Assembly (NCBI GenBank): GCA_035547155.1 | Contig: DASZVJ010000140.1 | Location: forward strand, 209-64,208 | DNA: 64,000 bases | Origin: Vicinamibacterales bacterium | Lineage (GTDB): Bacteria; Acidobacteriota; Vicinamibacteria; Vicinamibacterales; SCN-69-37 | Reading direction: 5' to 3' | Shown here: positions 28,351-38,093 of the stretch, in pieces | Position numbering within the stretch: the first letter of the stretch is position 1 | How the letters are laid out: every line of letters begins with the position of its first letter | Translations under genes and position numbers: made by a program | Notes under the pieces: model-generated | The model's database searches: none | The model's input: only the letters and a program-made list of their open reading frames with translations | What the model was told of the DNA's origin: nothing

Positions 28351-29367
28351 CTACTGCGCCGGGGCGGGCGCAGGTGTCGGCGCCGGCATGGAGAGGCCCA
28401 TCGGTCCGTGCTTCACGAGATCGAGCATCTCCGGCCCGACGTCGAACGTCACCTGCAGCGTCTTGCCGCTGCCCGTGGCCTGCACGCCTTTGAGCGTCGC
28501 GTCCAGCCGCGCATCGCGACCGGCCAGCATCTGCGCGGCGCCAAGCGCCGTGTTCACCATGCCGCGCAACCGTTCGCCCGACTGTTCGTCGCGCGCTTCC
28601 GCACGGATGACGCCGTGCACGGCGCGATCGACGTCTGCAGTGATGACGAACCAGTCGACGGGCGGAAGCTGCTGACGGATTTGATCGGGAAGGCCGGGTT
28701 GCTGGCTGAGCGCGTCGAAGCGGCCGACGACCCACGCATTGCCTCGACGCTGCGCGTCGGCGACGAAGCTCATCAGCTCGGTATTCGCCGTCACGCCGGG
28801 GCCGCTGGCGGCGTCGATCGCGGCACGCAAGCCGTCGCGCGTGCCGAGCGCAAGCAGATTGGGCTCGAGGAACGCCATGCTAGGCTGCGTCTCCGACGTC
28901 CCACCGTGCGGCGCCACCAGCAGCCGGCGCCCGTTGTACTCCTCGGCGATGGCGCCCTTCTGCGTCGCCAGGCCTTCGATTTTCGCCACGTCGAAGCGTC
29001 CGCGCAGCAGGACGACGGGCTCACGGTGCCCGGTCGCATCCTGTCTCACGCCGGCCACGACCGAATCGATGTCGCGCTCGACGTCGATGCCCGTCTCGGC
29101 CAGGAACCGGTCTTTTCCAGCACTCGCGTCGCCGTCTGCCGCCAGATTCGCGCGCAACTGCCGGCGGAAGTCGGAGCTCATGATGTCTTTGACGTCTGCG
29201 TAGGCAATGGCCGTTGCGTCGGAGGGGATGTAGACGATCTCGGGCAGCCTGGCGGCGGCTCCGGAGGGCATCAACGCGCCGTTGTAGTAGGCGACGAGGC
29301 CCGTGCAAAGCCCGACGACGACAATCAGAGCAGAGCCGATCAGGAAGTAACGCGTGCGAGATGACAT
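28351..29367 (-). CDS. membrane-anchored hypothetical protein (single N-terminal TM, large extracytoplasmic domain)
   Basis: N-terminus [28 protein letters not shown]. No family recognised. Ends with a [11 protein letters not shown] tail. Confidence 0.55.
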   Translation of the reverse strand: MSSRTRYFLIGSALIVVVGLCTGLVAYYNGALMPSGAAARLPEIVYIPSDATAIAYADVKDIMSSDFRRQLRANLAADGDASAGKDRFLAETGIDVERDIDSVVAGVRQDATGHREPVVLLRGRFDVAKIEGLATQKGAIAEEYNGRRLLVAPHGGTSETQPSMAFLEPNLLALGTRDGLRAAIDAASGPGVTANTELMSFVADAQRRGNAWVVGRFDALSQQPGLPDQIRQQLPPVDWFVITADVDRAVHGVIRAEARDEQSGERLRGMVNTALGAAQMLAGRDARLDATLKGVQATGSGKTLQVTFDVGPEMLDLVKHGPMGLSMPAPTPAPAPAQ

Positions 29368-29463
29368 GGGGCCTCAGGGGATTATACGGTCGCGCGGTCG
29401 GGAGGTTCGGGGGCTGGACGGAACTTCGAACCACACGGGATGGCGCTCGCGGCCGCCCAGTCT

Positions 29464-29542
29464 GCCGGGTCTAAAAACCCGGCGTACATCTGTCAGCCTG
29501 TGGCCCGTCGCCTGAAGCCCGCGTAGGGGCGGCCGCCCCTAC
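29464..29542 (+). repeat. GC-rich bipartite palindromic (REP-like) element, copy 3
   Basis: gccgggt-ctaaaa-acccggc (29464-29483), then the perfect 20-nt palindrome gtaggggcggccgcccctac (29523-29542). Its CTA (29539-29541) is the TAG stop of the ABC-2 permease gene. Confidence 0.8.
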
Positions 29543-30417
29543 TGGTCCAGCACGTATTCGCGCCGCGAGACGGCCCGGCCGGCGAGCCAGAGCGACACGA
29601 TCGCGATGACCGCGAGGCTCACGAGGCTTTCCGTGACGCCCAAATCGTCGCGGAAAATCGACTGGATCACCGACAGCGGCGAGTCGGCGGGCATCGCGTG
29701 CGGCACGAGGCCCTGCAGGTAGTAGGCGACGCTCAACCGGCGCAGAAAGCCCGGCAGCGCGAGCGCCAGCGTCTCCCAGCCGAAGATGAACGCCAGCCCG
29801 AAGACGAGCGGGCGCTTGACCGTCGCGCCGACGAGCGCGAACACCGCGCCATACACCGCAAGCCCGGCCGCCAGAATGCCGAGGTCCTTCACCAGATTGA
29901 CGAACGTCTCGCCAAGCGTGCCGTTGACCGGCGCGATGAGCAGCCAGACCAGCACGACCGACGGCAGCACGACGCCGATCGTGCACACCAGATATGCGAG
30001 ATATTTGCCGAGCAGCACGGCCGCTCGAGGCACGGGCCGCGTGAACAGATACGTGAGCGTCTTGTCCTCGACCTCATCGGCGATGAGCGACGTGCCGTAG
30101 AACACGGCGAGCACCGGCGCCGCGAACCGCACGAAGAAGCCCCAGATCATCAGCCCGAACACGACGCTGCCGCCGATCGGCGTCCGTCCGGCGCGCATGA
30201 CCGGCGCGCCGAGCTCGACGAGCACGCGCAGCACGATCGCGATCACGACGGGCACGCCGACGACGAGCGCCATGAAGATCGTGCGGCGCGACCACAGCAT
30301 CTGGCCGATCGACAGATCGAACACGCGCATCGCGCCGTAGCCCAGGCCCGGCGAGGCCGGCGTCGAGCGCGGCGGCGCCGCGGGAGAAGAAGTGGACGGA
30401 AGCTCGGCCATCGCCAT
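29539..30417 (-). CDS. ABC-2-type transporter permease
   Basis: 292 aa, six predicted TM helices. Immediately follows an ABC ATPase gene. Confidence 0.7.
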   Translation of the reverse strand: MAMAELPSTSSPAAPPRSTPASPGLGYGAMRVFDLSIGQMLWSRRTIFMALVVGVPVVIAIVLRVLVELGAPVMRAGRTPIGGSVVFGLMIWGFFVRFAAPVLAVFYGTSLIADEVEDKTLTYLFTRPVPRAAVLLGKYLAYLVCTIGVVLPSVVLVWLLIAPVNGTLGETFVNLVKDLGILAAGLAVYGAVFALVGATVKRPLVFGLAFIFGWETLALALPGFLRRLSVAYYLQGLVPHAMPADSPLSVIQSIFRDDLGVTESLVSLAVIAIVSLWLAGRAVSRREYVLDQ

Positions 30418-30418
30418 C

Positions 30419-31345
30419 TCAGCTCTTCACGAGGTACTTGAAGACCGCCTGCAGATTGTCGTCGGGCGAGGTGAGCTCTTCGACCGCGCCGCACTCCCCC
30501 GCGGCCACGAGCTCCGTCAGGCGTCCATAGAACGCGTCCGGCTCGCCCGTCTCGACAACGACCGCGCCCGGCTCGAAGCGCAGGCTGATGACGTCCGCGT
30601 GCGTCAGGAACTCGCGCGCGAGGCGGCGCGGATCGGATGCACGAATGTAGACCGTGTGCGGATGCTCGTCGATCAGATCGCGAATCTGGTGAACGTTGCC
30701 TTCCGCCAGAATCCGTCCGTTGTTGATCAACAGGATGTTCGTCGTCATCGACTCGATCTCGTGCAGGATGTGGCTCGAGACGAGGATGCTCTTGCCCTGA
30801 CGGGCCCAGTCGCGAATCAGACGAATCGTGCGGCGGCGCGCGAGCGGGTCCATGCCCGACAGCGGCTCGTCGAGAATCAGCAGCTCGGGATCGTGCACGA
30901 GCGCCTGCGCGAGCTTGACTCGCTGGCGCATGCCCTTGCTGTACGCGCCGATGCGCTTCGACGCCGCGTCGAGCAGATCGACGGCCTCGAGCGCGCGCGT
31001 GGCGGCCTCGCGCGCCTCACGCTCGCCGAGCCCGTTCAACCGCACGAGCGCCGAGACCCACTCGAGCCCGGTCATGCGCTCGTAGAACCGATCCTGCTCG
31101 GGACAGAACCCGATCCGGAAGTACAGCCGCGGGTTGTTCCAAATCGGCTCGCCCAGCACGTGCACGGAGCCCTTGCTCGGCCGCAGCTGGCCGGTGATGA
31201 GCTTCATGAACGTGCTCTTGCCCGCGCCGTTCGGCCCGAGCAGACCGGTGATGCCGGGCGGTACGCTGACCGTCACGTCGTTCAAGCCGATCACCTGTCC
31301 GTACCACTTCGACAGGTGCTCGGCGGCGAGCACGGCGGCGCTCAC
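30419..31345 (-). CDS. ABC transporter ATP-binding protein
   Basis: Walker A GPNGAGKST, signature YSKGMRQR, Walker B LLILDEPLSGMD. Has a C-terminal accessory domain. Confidence 0.9.
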   Translation of the reverse strand: MSAAVLAAEHLSKWYGQVIGLNDVTVSVPPGITGLLGPNGAGKSTFMKLITGQLRPSKGSVHVLGEPIWNNPRLYFRIGFCPEQDRFYERMTGLEWVSALVRLNGLGEREAREAATRALEAVDLLDAASKRIGAYSKGMRQRVKLAQALVHDPELLILDEPLSGMDPLARRRTIRLIRDWARQGKSILVSSHILHEIESMTTNILLINNGRILAEGNVHQIRDLIDEHPHTVYIRASDPRRLAREFLTHADVISLRFEPGAVVVETGEPDAFYGRLTELVAAGECGAVEELTSPDDNLQAVFKYLVKS

Positions 31346-32187
31346 GAGACCACCTCGACGCCGCGCACGCGCCGCTCGAGCACGGAGATCGACACGGCCA
31401 CGAGCCCGAGCAGCACGAGAACGGACACGATCACCGGCGTCTCGAACCGCGCGGGCTGACGGAAGATCGCATCACTGACGACGTCGAAGTTGCGCGAAGG
31501 CGAGACCCACGCGACGCGCGTCGATCCGGTCGCGAACGCGAGCACCGCGTAGATGGCTTCGGTGAAGAAGACGACGCCGGCGTACATCACCGCGACGTAT
31601 CGCGTGCTCGTCGACAGCGACGACAACGCCACCATCGTCATCGCATAGACGATCACGCGCATCGTCGACGCGACGAAGACGGCGGGGATGACGTCGAGAT
31701 GCGACTGCACGAACGCGAAGCTGCCGGAGAGCACAATCTGCATCACGATGAGCAGCAGGCTCGGCAGCACCGTGACGAGCGACAGGAAGACGATGAGGAC
31801 GCCGAGCTTGCCGCCGATGTACTCCATCCGCAGCAACGGCTTCGACAGATACACCTGCAGCGCGTTGGCGCGGCGATCGGTGGCGATCAATCCGGCACCG
31901 GCATAGACGGTGACGAAGAACGCGAACAGGCCCTGGAACTCGACGAAGCTCTGGAACATCCGCATGTCGATCGGCACGATCTGGCCCGCCTGCGGATAGG
32001 TCGCGACCGCGTAGATCTGCACGGTGCGCACGAGGAATGGAATCCAGGCGACGATCAACAGCGCGAGAAATACACGACGGCCGATGAGCTGGCGCACGCC
32101 GGCGCGAAGGATGACGGACCACGCCCGTCCTGGCGGACGCCGTGGTCCGGCGTAGCGGCGATAGCTCTGATCGTGAACCGGGCTCAT
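31342..32187 (-). CDS. ABC-2-type transporter permease
   Basis: 281 aa, polytopic. N-terminus DQSYRRYAG. 4-nt overlaps with both flanking ATPase genes. Confidence 0.65.
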   Translation of the reverse strand: MSPVHDQSYRRYAGPRRPPGRAWSVILRAGVRQLIGRRVFLALLIVAWIPFLVRTVQIYAVATYPQAGQIVPIDMRMFQSFVEFQGLFAFFVTVYAGAGLIATDRRANALQVYLSKPLLRMEYIGGKLGVLIVFLSLVTVLPSLLLIVMQIVLSGSFAFVQSHLDVIPAVFVASTMRVIVYAMTMVALSSLSTSTRYVAVMYAGVVFFTEAIYAVLAFATGSTRVAWVSPSRNFDVVSDAIFRQPARFETPVIVSVLVLLGLVAVSISVLERRVRGVEVVS

Positions 32188-33119
32188 GGCTCTCCGATCG
32201 CGCGGGCGAACACGTCCTCGAGCGTCGGCACGCTGGGCTTCAGATGGCGCACCTGCGCGCCGGCCTCCCGCGCGAGCTCGCAGATCCGCCGTTGATCGCT
32301 GCCGGGCGCGAGCGCATCACCAGGCACGAAGACGCGCATGACGTCCTCGTCCGTCTCGTGACACGCCATGTGCTCGGCCTCGAGGCGCGCGATGAACGCG
32401 GCGACGGCGGCACCCTTCACGCGCACTTCGAACACGCGTCCAGCCGGCCCTTTGAGCGCGTCGATCGTCCCGGCCGTCGCGACCTGGCCTTTGTCGAGCA
32501 CGACGACGTGATCGCACGTGTATTCGATGTCGGGCAGCAGGTGCGACGAGACGATGACGTTGACGCCCTTGTTGCGGGCAAGGTCGCGGATGAGATCGAG
32601 CATCTCGTCGCGGCCCTTCGGGTCCATGCCGTTGGTCGGCTCGTCGAGGAACAGCAGATCGGGGTCGTGGACGAGCGCCTGCGCGAGCTTGATGCGCTGC
32701 TTCATGCCGGTCGAGTACGTCTCGACGTCGCGATAGCGCGCTTCACCGAGGCCGACGTAGTAGAGGACTTCGTGCGCGCGCTGCATCGCATCGGCGCGCG
32801 GCAGACCGGCGAGCTCGCCGCAGTATGCGACGAACGTGACGGCATTCATGCCGGGCACGTGGCCGTCACTCTCCGGCATGTAGCCAAGACGTGCGCGAAT
32901 CTCGAGGGGGCGTGCGGCAACGTCGAGGCCGAGCACGCGCAAATGGCCCTGCGACGGCGTAACGAAGCCGAGCAGGCTCTTGAGCATCGTGCTCTTGCCG
33001 GCGCCGTTCGGGCCGAGGAGGCCGACGGCGCCTTCGGGAAACGCGGCGCTGACGTCGCGCAGAACGGGCTGCGCGCCGTACACGACGGACACGTGATCCA
33101 ACTCGACGACGGAGCTCAT
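32184..33119 (-). CDS. ABC transporter ATP-binding protein
   Basis: Walker A GPNGAGKST, signature YSTGMKQR, Walker B LLFLDEPTNGMD. Confidence 0.9.
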   Translation of the reverse strand: MSSVVELDHVSVVYGAQPVLRDVSAAFPEGAVGLLGPNGAGKSTMLKSLLGFVTPSQGHLRVLGLDVAARPLEIRARLGYMPESDGHVPGMNAVTFVAYCGELAGLPRADAMQRAHEVLYYVGLGEARYRDVETYSTGMKQRIKLAQALVHDPDLLFLDEPTNGMDPKGRDEMLDLIRDLARNKGVNVIVSSHLLPDIEYTCDHVVVLDKGQVATAGTIDALKGPAGRVFEVRVKGAAVAAFIARLEAEHMACHETDEDVMRVFVPGDALAPGSDQRRICELAREAGAQVRHLKPSVPTLEDVFARAIGEP

Positions 33120-33176
33120 GCAGGCTGACCGGGCATCAGCTTATACGAGGCCCCGCCGGCGGCGGTTCGCGGGAAT

Positions 33177-33992
33177 CTATCGGGCGGGCGCGGCCGACGG
33201 CGTCGGCATGGACATCGCGGGCAGTCCGGACGGCGGCGGCACTTCGGTGAAGCCCGCGGGGATCTCGAAGAGCGACGCGGGCACCGTGGTCTCGCTGACG
33301 TTCGTGACCGTCGATTCGATTTGCCGGTTGCCGAGCAGGTCGCCCCGCAGGATCGATTTCACCATGAAGCCTTCGTTGGCGATCGTCTCGACGCCGAGCA
33401 CGTTGACGCCGCCGACCAGGCCCGCCGCGGTCTTCGCGTACTGCTTGTACTGCGACGACAGCCACACGTCGCCGGTCATCGCGATGTCGCTGGGCAGGCC
33501 CTGCGGCAGCTGCGAGCCTGGCGGCACGGGCAGCGGCATGTGGATGTCGAGCATCGCGCGCTCCGCGCGGATGCCGCTGATCGTCTCGGTCTGGCCCGTG
33601 CGCGTGATCGTGACGGCCGGTCCGCCTCCGGGCAGCGCGGACAAGTCCGGCTTGCTCATCTTCCAGAACGTGCGTTTCGCCGGATCGAGAACGATCATCT
33701 CGCCCTTCGGCGTCACCAGCGTCACGCCGCCCGCGGGGACGATCATGTAGGCCTGCGCGTAGTCGACGCGCGTGCCGTGATCGCCAACCGTCACGGTCAC
33801 GTCCAGGCCGCCCTGCGGCGCCATCGTGCTGGCAACGATCGCGCCGATCATCTCCATCATCGGGTTGGCCGGCGCGGTCGACGCGGTCGTCGACGGCTTG
33901 GCCTCGATGTGCATCGTGTATTTGAGCTCGGCGCTCAGCGGCGCGACGAGGAGCGCGGTCAGGACGGCGGCAGTGCAAAAGCGGGATCTCAT
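33177..33992 (-). CDS. exported hypothetical protein
   Basis: Signal peptide MRSRFCTAAVLTALLVAPLSA. Beta-rich. No family recognised with confidence. Confidence 0.5.
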   Translation of the reverse strand: MRSRFCTAAVLTALLVAPLSAELKYTMHIEAKPSTTASTAPANPMMEMIGAIVASTMAPQGGLDVTVTVGDHGTRVDYAQAYMIVPAGGVTLVTPKGEMIVLDPAKRTFWKMSKPDLSALPGGGPAVTITRTGQTETISGIRAERAMLDIHMPLPVPPGSQLPQGLPSDIAMTGDVWLSSQYKQYAKTAAGLVGGVNVLGVETIANEGFMVKSILRGDLLGNRQIESTVTNVSETTVPASLFEIPAGFTEVPPPSGLPAMSMPTPSAAPAR

Positions 33993-34028
33993 ACTTCGTC
34001 TTATCGGCAGATCGCGCAGGTTATCCAG

Positions 34029-34472
34029 CTATCCGGCCAGACCAGCCAGACGACAGGCTTTCAGGATGACGGCGAGCGTCTCCGGCCTCAGATCGTAGGA
34101 CGCCAGATCACGTGGATCGGCGAGTGCGACGTCGCTGACGTCGGTCGAGGCGCGGGCGATCCCGCCGCGAACGCGGCAGAGATAGTCGAGCACGACATAG
34201 TGATACTGGACGCGGCCACCTTCGTCGCGCGAGATGTGCTCGAACGTGTCGACGAGCGGGCCGACGTTGACGTCCAGCCCCGTCTCTTCCCGCACTTCGC
34301 GCGCGACGCCGCTCGCCAGCGGCTCCCCGATCTCGAGGACGCCGCCGGGCAGGCTCCATTCGCCCTCACGCGGCGGCTGCGCACGGCGCACCAGCACGAC
34401 ACGCGCGTCAGCCGTGAGCACGATGGCGCCCACGCCGACGACGGGGCGATCCGGATAGCGGCGACCGGACAT
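34029..34472 (-). CDS. NUDIX hydrolase
   Basis: Nudix box GGVLEIGEPLASGVAREVREETGL. Confidence 0.8.
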   Translation of the reverse strand: MSGRRYPDRPVVGVGAIVLTADARVVLVRRAQPPREGEWSLPGGVLEIGEPLASGVAREVREETGLDVNVGPLVDTFEHISRDEGGRVQYHYVVLDYLCRVRGGIARASTDVSDVALADPRDLASYDLRPETLAVILKACRLAGLAG

Positions 34473-34479
34473 CGCGCCC

Positions 34480-35604
34480 TTACGCGTCGATCGGCAGCGT
34501 CGCCTGCGCGTTGAAGTCGAGCGGCGCGGCGCGTTCCTGCTCGAGCTTGCGCAGTCCGGCCGCCGCGATCATCGCCGCATTGTCGGTCGACAGCGACAGA
34601 GCCGGGACGAAGACGGGCAGGCCCATGCGCTCGCCGCGCGCGAGCGCATCGCGGCGCAGACGGCTGTTGGCCGACACGCCGCCGGCGATGCCCACGCTCG
34701 CCGCGCCGAGCCATCGCGCGGTCTCGAACGTGCGATCGACGAGCGTCTCCACGACGATGCGCTGGAACGTCGCGCAGATGTCGGCGACCTCTTTGCGCGA
34801 GAGCGATCCCGCGTCAGACGGCACGACGAGCCCCGTCGCGACGGGCACGCCGCGCTGTTGCAGCAGCCGCACGGCAGCGGTCTTGAGGCCGGAGAAGCTG
34901 AAATCCGCCAGATGCTGCAACGACGGCGGCAGTGACGCACCAGTGAAATCCGCAGGCGGCGGATTGCGATCGGGATGCGTGAAGCGCGGCCGCGGCAGAT
35001 CGACGCCGTGCTCGTCGCCTTCCTTCGCGGTGCGATCGATCACGGGCCCGCCGGGATAGCCGAGCCCCAGCAGCTTCGCGACCTTGTCGTACGCCTCCCC
35101 CGCCGCATCGTCTCGCGTGCGGCCAATGAGCCGATACTCGCCAGGCTTCGCGACGAGGTAGAGACTCGTGTGTCCGCCCGACACGACGAGCACGACCGAC
35201 GGCAGCGGAATCGCGCCGTGGTCGAGAAAGATCGACTCGATGTGGCCGGCGAGATGATTGACGGCGACGATCGGCTTGCCCAGCGTGGCCGCGGCCGATT
35301 TCGCGAACGACACGCCGACGAGCAGCGAGCCGACGAGACCCGGTCCTTGCGTGACGGCAATGGCGTCGACGTCCGACCACGGCGTCCCGGCATCACTCAG
35401 CGCGCGCTCGACGACGCCACAGATGTCGCGCACGTGCTGGCGCGACGCGATCTCCGGCACGACGCCGCCCCATTCGCGATGGATGTCCGCCTGCGAGGCG
35501 ATGACGTTCGAGCGCACGGTCCACGGCTTCGCCGGATCACCGGTCGTCGACACGACGGCCGCGGCCGTCTCATCGCACGAGGTCTCGATGCCGAGGATGT
35601 TCAT
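34480..35604 (-). CDS. tsaD: tRNA N6-adenosine threonylcarbamoyltransferase
   Basis: MNILGIETSCDETAAAVV, NHLAGH and VSGGHT motifs. Kae1/TsaD architecture. Confidence 0.93.
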   Translation of the reverse strand: MNILGIETSCDETAAAVVSTTGDPAKPWTVRSNVIASQADIHREWGGVVPEIASRQHVRDICGVVERALSDAGTPWSDVDAIAVTQGPGLVGSLLVGVSFAKSAAATLGKPIVAVNHLAGHIESIFLDHGAIPLPSVVLVVSGGHTSLYLVAKPGEYRLIGRTRDDAAGEAYDKVAKLLGLGYPGGPVIDRTAKEGDEHGVDLPRPRFTHPDRNPPPADFTGASLPPSLQHLADFSFSGLKTAAVRLLQQRGVPVATGLVVPSDAGSLSRKEVADICATFQRIVVETLVDRTFETARWLGAASVGIAGGVSANSRLRRDALARGERMGLPVFVPALSLSTDNAAMIAAAGLRKLEQERAAPLDFNAQATLPIDA

Positions 35605-35607
35605 GGA

Positions 35608-35638
35608 AAGTTCGAAGTGCGAAGTACGAAGTTCGAAA
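35608..35638. repeat. four TTCGNAC heptamers directly upstream (4 nt) of the tsaD start
   Basis: Minus-strand sense: ttcgaac ttcgtac ttcgcac ttcgaac tttcc ATG. Confidence 0.8.
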
Positions 35639-35640
35639 CG

Positions 35641-36702
35641 CTAAGACGCCGCCACTGGCGCCGCGGCGAACAGCGCGCGCAGGCTGTCGGCGTACGGTGC
35701 GCGGGCGATGCCGCGCTCGGTGATGATGCCGGCGACGAGGCGCGCGGGCGTCACGTCGAACGCGGGGTTCCAGACCGACGCGCCTTCCGGCGCGAGGCGC
35801 GTCGCGCCGAGATGCGTCACCTCTTTCGGCGAACGCTGCTCGATTGGAATCTCGTCGCCGCTCGGCGTCGCGAGATCGATCGTCGAGAGCGGTGCCGCGA
35901 CGTAGAACGGCACGCCGTGCTCGTGCGCGAGCAGGGCAACGGTGTACGTCCCGACTTTGTTCGCCACGTCGCCGTTGGCGGCGATCCGGTCGGCTCCGAC
36001 GACGACGAAATCGATTTTGCCCTGACGCATCAGCGGCCCGGCCATGCTCTCGGTGATCACGGTCGTCGGAATGTGATCGCGCACGAGCTCCCACGCCGTC
36101 AGCCGCGCGCCTTGCAGGAACGGTCGCGTCTCGTCGGCGAAGACCTGCGCGATCTTGCCCTGCTCGGCGGCCGCGCGGATGACGCCGAGCGCGGTGCCAT
36201 AGCCCGCAGTCGCGAGCGCGCCTGCGTTGCAGTGCGTGAGCACGCGCGCGGTCGACGGCACGACGGCCGCGCCGAGACGGCCCATCTCGCGGCAACTCGC
36301 GACGTCTTCGTCGTGAATGGCGTGCGCTTCGCGTGTCAGCCGCGCGGTCAGCTCGGAGACGGACTCCCCCGCCTGCACGCCAGCGGCCAGCGATCGCTTC
36401 ATGCGCTCGATGGCCCAGAACAGATTGACGGCCGTCGGCCGCGTGGCCGCCATCACATCGCAAATCTTGTTGAACTCGACGACGTACTGGCGGGTGCCGG
36501 TGGCCTTGCTGCGCTGCATCCCGAGCGCGATGCCCATCGCCGCGGCCACGCCAATCGCCGGCGCCCCGCGAATCACCATCGTCTTGATCGCGCGCGCGAC
36601 CTCGACGGCGGTCTTGCAGCGAACGTAGATCTCCTGACCAGGCAGCTTGCGCTGGTCGACCATCACTATCGCGTCGTCTTGCCAGTCAATCGTCGGAAGC
36701 AT
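35641..36702 (-). CDS. mtnA: S-methyl-5-thioribose-1-phosphate isomerase
   Basis: eIF-2B alpha/beta/delta-like family. [22 protein letters not shown] and [18 protein letters not shown] blocks. Confidence 0.88.
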   Translation of the reverse strand: MLPTIDWQDDAIVMVDQRKLPGQEIYVRCKTAVEVARAIKTMVIRGAPAIGVAAAMGIALGMQRSKATGTRQYVVEFNKICDVMAATRPTAVNLFWAIERMKRSLAAGVQAGESVSELTARLTREAHAIHDEDVASCREMGRLGAAVVPSTARVLTHCNAGALATAGYGTALGVIRAAAEQGKIAQVFADETRPFLQGARLTAWELVRDHIPTTVITESMAGPLMRQGKIDFVVVGADRIAANGDVANKVGTYTVALLAHEHGVPFYVAAPLSTIDLATPSGDEIPIEQRSPKEVTHLGATRLAPEGASVWNPAFDVTPARLVAGIITERGIARAPYADSLRALFAAAPVAAS

Positions 36703-36720
36703 CGGCGACGATCATAGTCT

Positions 36721-36866
36721 CATCTGGCCATCGGATCATCGGGACATCAGGTCATCTGGACGTCGATGCCCCGATGCCCCGATAGCAAGATGACCAGATG
36801 ATCTCCCTTCGTCCCCTCGTCCCCTGGTCCCCTGGTCCCCCTGGTCCCCCTGGTCCCCTCGTCCCT
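36721..36866. repeat. composite array: inverted CATCNGGN octamers (36721-36803), then 7 TCCCCTSG units (36804-36866)
   Basis: catctggc catcggat catcggga catcaggt catctgga / cgtcgatg ccccgatg ccccgata gcaagatg accagatg. Then tcccttcg tcccctcg tcccctgg tcccctgg tccccctgg tccccctgg tcccctcg. Confidence 0.9.
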
Positions 36867-37257
36867 AAAGCAGCCGTCCGTCGAACGGGAACGGCAGCAG
36901 CGCGCCGACGGTGTGATGGCCGGTGATCGCGTCGAGATTGGCGAGTGTGACGGGGATGTCGCCGCAGTACTCCCACAGCAGTTGACGGCAGGGGCCGCAG
37001 GGCGGCGTGGGCGACGCGGTGTCGGCGACGACAGCAATCGCGGAAAACTCGCGCGCGCCTTCGGAGAGCGCTTTCAGCAGCGCGACGCGCTCGGCGCACA
37101 CGGTCAATCCGTATGACGCGTTCTCGACGTTGCATCCGGTGAAGATGCGTCCGTCCGTCGTCGCCAGCGCGGCGCCGACGCGGAAGTGCGAGTACGGCGC
37201 GATCGCACGCTCGCGCGCCTCGCGGGCCGCAGCCACGAGTCGTTCAGAGTCGGCCAA
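36865..37257 (-). CDS. cdd: cytidine deaminase
   Basis: Zinc motifs CAERVAL and PCGPCRQ. 130 aa, the homotetrameric type. Confidence 0.9.
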   Translation of the reverse strand: MADSERLVAAAREARERAIAPYSHFRVGAALATTDGRIFTGCNVENASYGLTVCAERVALLKALSEGAREFSAIAVVADTASPTPPCGPCRQLLWEYCGDIPVTLANLDAITGHHTVGALLPFPFDGRLL

Positions 37258-38089
37258 TGATCGCCTCCAGGAGCCGGATGAAATCGCCCTGCACGCGCGC
37301 GGTCGTCGCGATCACTTCCTCGGCGCTGAGCGCGGCCGCCTGCATGCCGGCGGCCATGTTCGAGATGCACGAGAGCCCGAGCACCTCGAGCCCCATGTGT
37401 CGCGCGACGATCGCCTCGGGCACGGTCGACATGCCGACCGCGTCCGCGCCGAGCGTGCGAAACGCGCGGATCTCCGCAGGCGTCTCGTAGCTGGGCCCCG
37501 TCACGGCCAGATAGACGCCATGTCCGATCGCCAGATCGATCTCGCGCGCCGCCTCATCGGCGATCGCACGCAATCGCGGCGAATAGACGGCGGACATGTC
37601 GGAAAACCGCGGGCCGAGCCGTTCGTCGTTCGGGCCGATGAGCGGATTGCTGCCCATGAAGTTGATGTGGTCATCGATGACCATCAGCAGCCCCGACGAG
37701 AACGCCGCGTTGATCCCGCCGGCCGCGTTCGTGACGACGAGCGTCTTCACGCCGAGTCGTCCGAGCACGCGCGCTGCGAAGGTGACGATCGAAAAGGGAT
37801 GGCCTTCGTAGTAGTGCGCGCGGCCGGACAGCGCGAGGACACGCCGGCCCGCAACGGTGCCCGCGACGAGCTGTCCCGCGTGCCCGATGACCGACGGCGT
37901 CGGCCAATGCGCGATCTCGCGGTACGGCACGACGACCGCATCATCGAGACGCACGGTGAAGCCGCCGAGGCCGGATCCGAGCACGAGCGCGATCGACGGC
38001 ACATCGCCGCCAAGGCGCGCACGCACGTCGCTCGCCGCCGCGTCGATGCGCGCCAGCTCGTCGTCGATCGATGTCGCAGCGCTCGTCAT
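37244..38089 (-). CDS. punA: purine-nucleoside phosphorylase (trimeric PNP family)
   Basis: LVLGSGLG, GRAHYYEG and VGMSTVPE motifs. Confidence 0.87.
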   Translation of the reverse strand: MTSAATSIDDELARIDAAASDVRARLGGDVPSIALVLGSGLGGFTVRLDDAVVVPYREIAHWPTPSVIGHAGQLVAGTVAGRRVLALSGRAHYYEGHPFSIVTFAARVLGRLGVKTLVVTNAAGGINAAFSSGLLMVIDDHINFMGSNPLIGPNDERLGPRFSDMSAVYSPRLRAIADEAAREIDLAIGHGVYLAVTGPSYETPAEIRAFRTLGADAVGMSTVPEAIVARHMGLEVLGLSCISNMAAGMQAAALSAEEVIATTARVQGDFIRLLEAIIGRL

Positions 38090-38093
38090 CGCG

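Noticed and set aside
27713-28735. 340-aa version of folE with a 140-residue N-terminal extension
   Set aside because: The extension is Arg/Ala-rich, overlaps the preceding gene (28351-29367) and has no FolE counterpart. The internal ATG 28315 gives a normal-length protein. Similar trimming was applied to mreC (48681-50306), rodA (45085-46470), the anti-sigma gene (40348-41535) and the DUF4097 gene (40800-42512).
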